Shown in pieces: positions 9,344-16,238 of a stretch of 64,000 nucleotides of DNA (positions are counted from its first letter, which is position 1; each line of letters opens with the position of its first letter). This DNA comes from an uncultured virus (IMG/VR IMGVR_UViG_2850972752_000004) (taxonomy: Duplodnaviria; Heunggongvirae; Uroviricota; Caudoviricetes). A program made the translations under genes and the position numbers. Below the pieces are notes generated by a model. That model was not told the DNA's origin. It searched no databases and saw only the letters and a program-made list of their open reading frames with translations. The DNA lies in IMG/VR virus record IMGVR_UViG_2850972752_000004; one strand, written 5' to 3'.

Positions 9344-9922
9344 TTACACCTTGTCCTCGGCGTAGATCGACGCCGAGATAATCGCTCCGCCCCAGCGGCG
9401 CTTCCCATAGCAGATCGGAACCGGGTTCCCGCTGGCGGTGGTGTTTCTCGCACTGCCGAAGGCGTAGCTGGGCAAGTTCTCCGGCGCCGCGCTCTGCTTC
9501 AGGCCTTGGGCTTGGGGGCTGAGCATTTGGATGACACCGCCGATCGCCAGACCGGCGCCCGCTTGGATCAGGAAAGCGTTTCCCGTCATGGCGCCAGCCA
9601 CAACTAGCACAGCCCCCACAATCGTCTGCACCAACCCACCACGCTTCCGGCCACGCATGACCGGAGCAATGCGAATTTCCTCGGCGCCCCCGAACTGCAG
9701 CTCATCTTGGGAAATGTTCCGTTTCCCACGGAATACAGCGAACTCCATACCTCGCAGGTGGGCATTGGCGAGAAAGCGCTCGAGGCCTGGAATCTGTACG
9801 CACAGGGCCTTGATCGCTTCCGCAGTCGACCCGACGAGCATACGGTACTCCCGGCCGAACTGCCGGAGCGCGCCGTAGAGTTTGATGGTGGTCATCGGAG
9901 TGTGGTGCGCTGCGGTGGTCAT
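9344..9922 (-). CDS. tail assembly protein, lambda gpI-like
   Basis: IKLYGAL..FGR, AEAIKAL, SYAF...NT..SGNPVPICYG...GGAIISA. Confidence 0.92.
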   Translation of the reverse strand: MTTAAHHTPMTTIKLYGALRQFGREYRMLVGSTAEAIKALCVQIPGLERFLANAHLRGMEFAVFRGKRNISQDELQFGGAEEIRIAPVMRGRKRGGLVQTIVGAVLVVAGAMTGNAFLIQAGAGLAIGGVIQMLSPQAQGLKQSAAPENLPSYAFGSARNTTASGNPVPICYGKRRWGGAIISASIYAEDKV

Positions 9923-9985
9923 GTGTTTCTCCAGGTAATAAAAAACCGCCCGGAGGCGGTTCTTCGAAAAAAACGTTAATTAAAT

Positions 9986-10573
9986 CTACCGACCTTTGAG
10001 CCAGTAAAGATCGCCATGAATATAGTGCGAAATTCCAAGCTCTCTCAATACTGAGTTGGCCGAGCGCTTGTCAGAAAATGGTCCAACTATCACCGTCAAG
10101 CCCGAAACTGAAGCTATAGGCAGTTTCAATTCCTCAAACTTAGCCTTCGCACCATTAATCTCTTCTACGGACTTACACCTCACCTTCACAGCCCAGCCAG
10201 CACTTATCCCGACCGGCGCTGATTTTTCCGCTACCGAGTCAACATCAGCTCCACAGTAACGACACTTGATCGCAGCACATTTAATCATCTCGGCGCAATA
10301 CGGACATGGTCGAACATCACTTGCGTAAGCTTGCAGACTTGGACTATTTCGACTCACAGAATTGTTGTTCTCACTCTCTCTCGTGGCAGACGCAGCCCAA
10401 ACCAAAGCGGCAACCCATCCCACAAAGGTCCATCCGAGAAGCAAGTTCAATACAGTTATCGCGCCTTTATTATGATGCTTTCTATTTTCAGCGATTATTG
10501 CAGGTAAAAAGTAGAGGACAACACCTCCAATCAGAAGGACAAAACCGAGCAATAAAGAGGAACCGCTTTCCAT
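9986..10573 (-). CDS. superinfection immunity (T4 Imm-like) membrane protein with Zn-ribbon and C-terminal extension
   Basis: LYFLPAIIA..RKHHN...I.VLNLLLGWTFVGWVAALVWA (Imm signature); CPYCAE..KCRYC; lower GC. Confidence 0.85.
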   Translation of the reverse strand: MESGSSLLLGFVLLIGGVVLYFLPAIIAENRKHHNKGAITVLNLLLGWTFVGWVAALVWAASATRESENNNSVSRNSPSLQAYASDVRPCPYCAEMIKCAAIKCRYCGADVDSVAEKSAPVGISAGWAVKVRCKSVEEINGAKAKFEELKLPIASVSGLTVIVGPFSDKRSANSVLRELGISHYIHGDLYWLKGR

Positions 10574-10650
10574 ATCCAGCCTCCTAAAAGCTCGCAATCT
10601 ACCATCACCTGGCCAGCATCAAAACCCAGAGTCCGCCCAGCAGAAATAGA

Positions 10651-10672
10651 AAGGGCGCCCAAAGGCGCCCTC
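10651..10672 (-). terminator. rho-independent terminator closing the ant / RAMP-like / repeat operon
   Basis: gagggcgcc-tttg-ggcgccctt followed by a T-rich tail on the minus strand. Confidence 0.75.
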
Positions 10673-10688
10673 TCCATGCCGTTTACGG

Positions 10689-10788
10689 CCCATACCATGC
10701 CCAGCCTTGCCGTGCCCAACCTTGCCCAGCCTTGCCCTGCCGAAGCGAACCGAACCGAGCCCAACCCGACCCAGCCATGCCCCACCGA
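10689..10788 (-). repeat. phased 5-nt repeat tract, (GGY-NN) x19
   Basis: Minus strand: tc GGT gg GGC at GGC tg GGT cg GGT tg GGC tc GGT tc GGT tc GCT tc GGC ag GGC aa GGC tg GGC aa GGT tg GGC ac GGC aa GGC tg GGC at GGT at GGG; one GCT variant. Confidence 0.95.
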
Positions 10789-10846
10789 ACAACTGGCGCT
10801 TGCGCACCGCACAACGCACCCACTGGATGCGCTGTACGCTGTGAAG

Positions 10847-11305
10847 TCAGGTCAGAGCCTTCGTCGTCATTCCGCGCAAGGCGGAAAACTTCGCGAGTTG
10901 GTCCAGATTGTCCCGACGCTGCTCGTCCGTCAACTCGGTGATCCGTAGATGCCGAAGCTTCTGCCCGGTGCTGCGGAAGACCTTACGGACGTTGCGCCCC
11001 AGCTCATCCATCGCGACGCCGGTCTGTTCATGAGGCGGCACCCATCGGTATCCACGCCCGCGAACCGACTGCAGGCAGACCTGGTGGTCTCGAAGCAGTT
11101 CGGCTTTGAACGCTTCGACGTTGGCCAACCATTCGAACTGCCGATCGCGGAACTGCTCGACCGTGAGCGCCTTGGAATCACTCATCGAAGGCATACCGAA
11201 GCGCGCTTCAAGCCAGTCGTGTCCGACCAGGTCCCCATATTTGAACCCCTTGAGGAAGTCTTCGACAGCCTGCTTGTGCACCGGGTACTTCGTCACTTCA
11301 GCCAT
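10847..11305 (-). CDS. accessory protein coupled to the RAMP-like gene, possible winged helix plus coiled coil
   Basis: 152 aa; LQSVRGRGYRWV resembles the OmpR-type wing (TVRGxGY); 8-nt overlap with the upstream gene. Confidence 0.75.
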   Translation of the reverse strand: MAEVTKYPVHKQAVEDFLKGFKYGDLVGHDWLEARFGMPSMSDSKALTVEQFRDRQFEWLANVEAFKAELLRDHQVCLQSVRGRGYRWVPPHEQTGVAMDELGRNVRKVFRSTGQKLRHLRITELTDEQRRDNLDQLAKFSALRGMTTKALT

Positions 11306-11873
11306 AGGCCACCTCGAAACGCCCGAAGCGGGGACGGTACTCGCACACGCCGATCAGCTTGCCGGAGTCCTCGATAGCCTTCTTGACCTCCTGCAGGTCC
11401 AGCACGTCGGTGTTGATGGCGACCTCAAGTTCGCATGCCCAGTCCAGGAAGATCGGCCTGTACCGCATGACCTTGGCCTGGCCAACCTTCACTCCGCGGC
11501 AATCCACGAACCGCTGGTCGTCCCAGAGCGCCTCCGGCGTCGTCGGCCCGTCGAAGTCCAGCGAAGCCTTGTCTGTCATCACCAGCGCTCCACGCTTCCA
11601 GTGGGTGCCGAGCTTCTGCAGCTTGGCGCCGGCCAGGAACGTCGCGTCGAAGTTCGCGCCTGGGATGTGGATGCCCGAGGTTTCATCGAAGTACACGCCG
11701 GCGATGAACTCCGATCTGGCGATCGCAACGTGGTCGTCATCGACTTTCTTGCGCTTGCTGGTCAGTTCACGATGCGCCTTCGTTGCCGGGTGCAGCGGGT
11801 TGGCCAACTTGTCGCTATGCATCATGAGGGGGGATACCCCTTTTATGCGAAGGGTCAGCAGTTCCATGCTCAT
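11298..11873 (-). CDS. stand-alone Cas7/RAMP-like protein (Vipr-like)
   Basis: 191 aa; LRIKGVSPLMMH, IHIPGANFDATF, RYRPIF..WACELEV and C-terminal GKLIGVCEYRPRFGRFEV follow the RAMP motif order; ATGA overlap with the ant stop. Confidence 0.75.
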   Translation of the reverse strand: MSMELLTLRIKGVSPLMMHSDKLANPLHPATKAHRELTSKRKKVDDDHVAIARSEFIAGVYFDETSGIHIPGANFDATFLAGAKLQKLGTHWKRGALVMTDKASLDFDGPTTPEALWDDQRFVDCRGVKVGQAKVMRYRPIFLDWACELEVAINTDVLDLQEVKKAIEDSGKLIGVCEYRPRFGRFEVAYG

Positions 11874-12736
11874 GCCGAAGCCCCCTTCTGCCAGTTCAGC
11901 TCGTTGGCACAGTACTTCCTCACGTGCGCTGCGGAACCCAGCCCATCCCACAGAAAGCCCGCCAACTCGACGCCAGCATTACAACCGAGCCCGCTGAGAT
12001 GAGTGGCCAGGCGACGGCTCTCAACGATCTTCCAGCACTTCTCCACGCAGTCGACCAGAAATGCGATGTTCGACCACGAGCAGGTGTCGACGGCCGACGC
12101 AGCGTTATCCTTCGGCAGCCACTCGCCCTCCAAGGCGTAGGCGGCGATGAAGTTCCGCGCGCTGTCGAGCTGGTCAGCCGGGATATCCTCGGCGGTCACG
12201 ACGCTGAACGCCTTGTGTACCTGGCTCCAGATGTGGTTCTTGGCGCCTCGGCGAATCGCCGACGGCAGGTGCCGCACCTTGCCATCGACGACGGCAGCCA
12301 GGCAGTGGAAGCCATCGGTTCCGATTGTGGTGGCGAGTACGCTGGCCGCGGTCCGGTCATCACGCCGAACAGCGGCTCCCTCGTTCCAGTAGGCCCAGAG
12401 CACGTCGTCGCACTCGTTCTGGTAGGCGATGATGCCCTCGCGCAGCGCCGGGCGGACCTTGTTCGGGTGGATCGACATCAGCCAGCCGGTGAGCTTGCGG
12501 AGCGGGAGGCAGGTCATTTCACGCTGCTTCCCGTCTTGGGCAACTATCACCATTTCGGTGATGGTTGAGGCGAACCGCCCTGCCATCAGCTTGCGGTGCT
12601 GGCTCTGCCAGGCCAGCCCCATGCCCTCCACCACCGGCTTCATCGGCACGAAGGGCTCCCCTGCATTGCCCACCAGCAGGAGTTCCTTCTGGCGGAACGG
12701 GATGACCTGAGCGGTCGTTGTGCTATGATCGTGCAT
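11870..12736 (-). CDS. ant: phage antirepressor (P22 Ant N-terminal type)
   Basis: PFVPMKPVVEGMGLAWQSQHRKL...MTCLPLRKLTGWLMSIHPNKVRP...YQNECDDVLWAYW; RBS GAGGA before MHDHS. Confidence 0.9.
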   Translation of the reverse strand: MHDHSTTTAQVIPFRQKELLLVGNAGEPFVPMKPVVEGMGLAWQSQHRKLMAGRFASTITEMVIVAQDGKQREMTCLPLRKLTGWLMSIHPNKVRPALREGIIAYQNECDDVLWAYWNEGAAVRRDDRTAASVLATTIGTDGFHCLAAVVDGKVRHLPSAIRRGAKNHIWSQVHKAFSVVTAEDIPADQLDSARNFIAAYALEGEWLPKDNAASAVDTCSWSNIAFLVDCVEKCWKIVESRRLATHLSGLGCNAGVELAGFLWDGLGSAAHVRKYCANELNWQKGASA

Positions 12737-12809
12737 GACGTTGTTTTCCTCGTAGATTTCGACGTTTCCCCGAAGCCCTGGGTGTTGCAGCACCTGGGGC
12801 TTCTTCATT

Positions 12810-12956
12810 TCAGGCATTTGCCTGTCCTCGCTTTACCAGCTTCAGCACTTCAACAAGCTGCCCATTCATCGAGCGACTCTGCTCCTTCGCCTGTTGCTTC
12901 AGCCACTCCATCAGGTCTCGCGGGATTCGCACCTGGGTGCGCATGATCTCTTCCAT
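12810..12956 (-). CDS. Arc-like ribbon-helix-helix repressor
   Basis: RTQVRIPRDLMEWLKQQAKEQSRSMNGQLV; upstream of ant. Confidence 0.85.
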   Translation of the reverse strand: MEEIMRTQVRIPRDLMEWLKQQAKEQSRSMNGQLVEVLKLVKRGQANA

Positions 12957-13052
12957 TTGGCTCTCCAGTAGGTTGCACGCAGTGACTACACGATGTAACG
13001 ATAACATCGTGTGTCTATGTGTCAACAAAAAAAGTGGTTACAGTGTGTAGCT

Positions 13053-13367
13053 ATGAAAGACGACGACCTGATCCGCAACATAAATCCATTCGGACTCCGT
13101 ATGCAGCCAGCCCTCCGGGCGAAGGTTGAGGAAGCCGCCAGCCAGAATCACCGATCTCTCAATGCGGAGATCGTTGCTCGCCTCGAGTCTAGCTTTGACT
13201 TGGATAGCAACATCGATCGACCAGTTCGTGGTGTCTCCATATCGGAAGACGGTACCGAGCGAACCTTTTTTGCCGGTCCGTCCCCGAAAGAGCTGTTCAA
13301 AATCATTCACGAACTAGCCGAAGAAGTTCGCCTATTGAGAGAGGGGCGCGAGAAGGACGGTAAGTAA
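13053..13367 (+). CDS. Arc/Mnt-family repressor, divergent from arc-ant
   Basis: PFGLRMQPALRAKVEEAASQNHRSLNAEIVARLESSF. Confidence 0.88.
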   Translation: MKDDDLIRNINPFGLRMQPALRAKVEEAASQNHRSLNAEIVARLESSFDLDSNIDRPVRGVSISEDGTERTFFAGPSPKELFKIIHELAEEVRLLREGREKDGK

Positions 13368-13424
13368 CAGATTTACCTCCTTGCAGACCTGCCTCCAAGG
13401 CTCCCTACAGCCGCGACTGGTCTA

Positions 13425-13610
13425 TCAACCCAGCGCAACTCCGATGGCTGCTATGATGGATGCAATAGCTACGCCTGTGGCTAGGATGAGTGCGGCGTTG
13501 GCCAGGCGCTTACCAACGATTCCGGCATCAGTTGCGTTCATTTTTCCATCTACCTTGACCCGATGCTTGGGTCTATAATTGAACAATGTTCTGCTCCTTG
13601 TCCTTCCCAA
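13425..13610 (-). CDS. small putative membrane peptide
   Basis: Hydrophobic C-terminus; start uncertain. Confidence 0.45.
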   Translation of the reverse strand: MGRTRSRTLFNYRPKHRVKVDGKMNATDAGIVGKRLANAALILATGVAIASIIAAIGVALG

Positions 13611-13677
13611 GGGGTGGAAATAAAAACCCCCGGCACGCTGTGAACGTCCGGGGGTTTTGCTTTTCTGTCTTGCGCGA

Positions 13678-14010
13678 CTACCAGTCGGTTTCGATGCTCA
13701 GAGAAACCCTTGGATGGTCGAGTTCGGTATACATGCTTTTCACTGTTGCCTTTGTGATCCGCCCACCCGCCTTCATCTTTCGGGTGAAGAACGCGGCCCG
13801 ATCTCTCTTGATGTAGCCGATTTGTACGTCAGTCGGGAGGAACAGGGTGAACCAGCGCCGGACATGCACGTAGACGGCGATGGCATTGGGGTCGTGCGGG
13901 TTGTCCGGTTCTGGCACTAGCTTGACTTCCATTCCGGGGCGCACAGCCAGGCGTATTCTGCCGCTACGACCTTCGAATCCTGTGCCCGTGACAATCACGC
14001 TGTACTGCAT
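13678..14010 (-). CDS. HIRAN domain protein
   Basis: VTGTGFEGR, LVPEPDNPHDPNAIAV, IGYIKR. Confidence 0.88.
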   Translation of the reverse strand: MQYSVIVTGTGFEGRSGRIRLAVRPGMEVKLVPEPDNPHDPNAIAVYVHVRRWFTLFLPTDVQIGYIKRDRAAFFTRKMKAGGRITKATVKSMYTELDHPRVSLSIETDW

Positions 14011-14085
14011 AGCAATCCCTTATTGATCAGTTGTCAGCAGGTCACGACGCTATCAATCGCCCGTGCATGACGCCAGACCTCGAGG

Positions 14086-14433
14086 TCACAGTTCTCTTGT
14101 CCAGTCGCCGAGCCCCTTCGCCTTCATCTTTTCGAAAGTCTGGCGCGCACGCTCAACCAGCATGGGAGCCAGGGGGACACCCTGCTCGTCTACGAGAACC
14201 TCAACGAGTGAGCACCTGCATCCCTCTGAATTGCCATCACGCGCATACCACTCCCTTACCTGATCAGCAGTGAAAAGCTTTCCATGCCTTGCCGCGTGAG
14301 AGGTTCGGGTATCTGGACGAAGGGCCGATAGATGCATAAACAAAGTCCTGCAACCGTAGCTGCTGGACGCGCTATTCAGCTTAGCCATTCGATTCGCATG
14401 GATGCTCGCTGAGTCGATTTCCTTTTTAGCCAC
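14086..14433 (-). CDS. stand-alone paralog of the MuF/gp7 C-terminal domain
   Basis: MHLSAL..TR..HA.RH..L.T...VREWY.RDGN...C.CS.VEVLVD..G.P...VERAR is shared with 31544-32473. Confidence 0.75.
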   Translation of the reverse strand: MAKKEIDSASIHANRMAKLNSASSSYGCRTLFMHLSALRPDTRTSHAARHGKLFTADQVREWYARDGNSEGCRCSLVEVLVDEQGVPLAPMLVERARQTFEKMKAKGLGDWTREL

Positions 14434-14451
14434 CCCAGCCCCTCATGAACG

Positions 14452-14480
14452 TTGACGAATGCTGGCGTTTATTCCATATT
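14452..14480 (+). promoter_or_regulatory. sigma70 promoter for the C4 / antirepressor unit
   Basis: TTGACG 17 bp CATATT. Confidence 0.65.
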
Positions 14481-14572
14481 CCGCCTGCCGCTGCAAATTC
14501 AGCGGTCGGGCTTGGCCGCCCGAATCGGTAAGGCGCACAGCGCCGCAGGGCGTTTTTTTGTGCCCTCGCTTT

Positions 14573-14654
14573 ATGGCGGGCTGTGCGTGGGACACCTTCG
14601 GGTGTGCCGGGAGCCTTACCCCCGGTCGGCCAACCCGCGTACAGTTCGCCTCCC
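14573..14654 (+). ncRNA. C4-type antisense RNA (P1 c4 / P4 CI family)
   Basis: Closing stem ggcgggctgtgcg / cgtacagttcgcc, TTCG-loop hairpin; segments GCCTTACC and GGCCAA are complementary to sites upstream (14511-14534) and downstream (14659-14696). Confidence 0.8.
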
Positions 14655-14706
14655 TCTTCTTGGTCGCAGAGATGGCGAACTCCCAAACAGGTAAGGAGTC
14701 CTCATC

Positions 14707-15567
14707 ATGCAAACCGCTCAAGTAATTCCCTTCCAGTTCGATGCTCGCGAAGTCCGCACCCTGCTGATCGATGATCAGCCTTGGTTCGTAGCGGCTGATG
14801 TTTCTTGCGCCTTGGAATACCGAATCGCCGGTGACATGACGCGCAATCTCGACGATGACGAGAAGGGTACGCAGATTGTGCGTACCCCTGGCGGCGATCA
14901 GGAAATGCTGGTCATCAACGAGTCTGGGCTGTACTCGGCGATCCTGCGCAGCCGCAAGGCTGAGGCCAAGCGCTTCAAGAAGTGGGTAACCGCCGAGGTA
15001 CTTCCTGCGATTCGCAAGCATGGTCGCTATGAGGACTCCAGCAATAAGATGGCAACCCTGGTTGGCGAAACCATCGGCACCGACGGCTTCCACATGCTCG
15101 GCTCGCTGATCAGGGGCAAGGTAGCCGCCCTCCCAGTCGAAGTCCGCCGACGCGCCACCGCGAAAATATGGTCACAGACCCATGCCGCATTCGGGGTTCG
15201 GTCTGCCACAGACATCCCCGCCAATCAGTTGGATGCGGCCCGCAACTTCGTCGCCGCCTACAGCGTTCACGAAGGCGAATGGCTGCCGAAGCCTGAAAAA
15301 CGCTGCGGCACCATGCTCAACGACCACCAGCTCTACGACGTGTACTTCGTTTGCCACCACTTCCAGTACCTGTTCGAAATCTTCAAGCGTCACAGCCTCT
15401 ACAGCTTCCTTGGGCAGCACGGCTCCCGCGCAGGCGTAGAAATGATCGACCACTTCAAGGATGGCTACATGGGAGTCTGGAAGCTCAGGAAGGATTTCGA
15501 TGATGAATTCGATGCCGTACAGCGGCGGCTGGGGCTCAACCGGTATTCTGAATTCCGCATTCGCTGA
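14707..15567 (+). CDS. Bro-N domain antirepressor
   Basis: PWFVAADV, INESGLYSAILRSRKAEAKRFKKWVTAEVLPAIRKHG. Confidence 0.92.
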   Translation: MQTAQVIPFQFDAREVRTLLIDDQPWFVAADVSCALEYRIAGDMTRNLDDDEKGTQIVRTPGGDQEMLVINESGLYSAILRSRKAEAKRFKKWVTAEVLPAIRKHGRYEDSSNKMATLVGETIGTDGFHMLGSLIRGKVAALPVEVRRRATAKIWSQTHAAFGVRSATDIPANQLDAARNFVAAYSVHEGEWLPKPEKRCGTMLNDHQLYDVYFVCHHFQYLFEIFKRHSLYSFLGQHGSRAGVEMIDHFKDGYMGVWKLRKDFDDEFDAVQRRLGLNRYSEFRIR

Positions 15568-15616
15568 GGTTCTTGGCCCCGTTTCGGCGGGGCCTTGAAT
15601 CATGCTTATCGTCAAT

Positions 15617-15646
15617 TTGCCAGAAGCTACGGCAGTGCCGTACAAT
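15617..15646 (+). promoter_or_regulatory. higBA promoter with palindromic operator
   Basis: TTGCCA 18 bp TACAAT; perfect inverted repeat tacggca-g-tgccgta at 15628-15642. Confidence 0.7.
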
Positions 15647-15652
15647 CAAAAA

Positions 15653-15964
15653 ATGCGAACAGTCATCGAAACAGAGATTTTCAAACGCTATGCAGACGAC
15701 ATCTGGAACGACCTCGAACGGGAGGAGTTCATTACGTGGATTGCAGCCAACCCCTTGGTCGGAGATGTGATCCCAGGATCGGGTGGGCTTCGCAAGGTGC
15801 GCTGGTCTCGCCCCGGCATGGGTAAGCGCGGCGGCGCGCGCGTGATCTACTACAACGCCGAAGAGGCGCAATCCATCTGGCTACTGATAGCGTACACAAA
15901 ATCAAAGTTCGATAACCTACCAGCATCCACCTTGAGCAAATTGAAAGAGGCTATGAATGGATAA
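15653..15964 (+). CDS. higB: RelE/HigB-family toxin
   Basis: NPLVGDVIPGSGGLRKVRW....GKRGGARVIYY. Confidence 0.9.
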   Translation: MRTVIETEIFKRYADDIWNDLEREEFITWIAANPLVGDVIPGSGGLRKVRWSRPGMGKRGGARVIYYNAEEAQSIWLLIAYTKSKFDNLPASTLSKLKEAMNG

Positions 15965-16238
15965 GGAACTTGAAACCTTCGAGGCCGACCTCCTAGCCTC
16001 GATTGACGAAATGAAGAAGGGGAAGATTGCCCGCTCGACGCAGGTTGAACTTTCTCCGGTTGCCGAAGTTCGCGCAAAAGTTGGCATGCCACAGTCTGAG
16101 TTCGCCGAACTTTTGGGCGTGAGCGTCCGCACGCTGCAAGACTGGGAGCAAGGGCGACGATCCCCGTCTGGAGCAGCGAAAACCTTAATTAAGGTTGCCG
16201 GCATGCACCCGGAGGCATTACGGGCGTTGCGTACTTGA
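15957..16238 (+). CDS. higA: HigA-type Xre HTH antitoxin
   Basis: QSEFAELLGVSVRTLQDWEQGRRSPSGAAKTL. Confidence 0.9.
   Translation: MDKELETFEADLLASIDEMKKGKIARSTQVELSPVAEVRAKVGMPQSEFAELLGVSVRTLQDWEQGRRSPSGAAKTLIKVAGMHPEALRALRT

Larger units (their letters stand above)
10643..10840 (-). ncRNA. putative guide-like ncRNA: 5' hairpins, GGY-NN pentamer tract, 3' hairpin and terminator
   Basis: Hairpins at 10809-10837 and 10795-10808 (GCAA loop), 19 phased GGY-NN units at 10694-10788, hairpin at 10678-10689, terminator at 10651-10672. Confidence 0.75.

Noticed and set aside
10531..10948. Short ORFs crossing the pentamer tract (e.g. 10531-10812, 10619-10819, 10676-10948)
   Set aside because: Low-complexity translations of a 5-nt periodic sequence with no RBS, running through a terminator; better explained as non-coding RNA
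14848..14862. Partial gapped match (ct.ga.ga.ga.ga) to the decoded GGY-NN tract in the Bro-N gene
   Set aside because: Only five dinucleotides match and the flanks disagree; expected by chance
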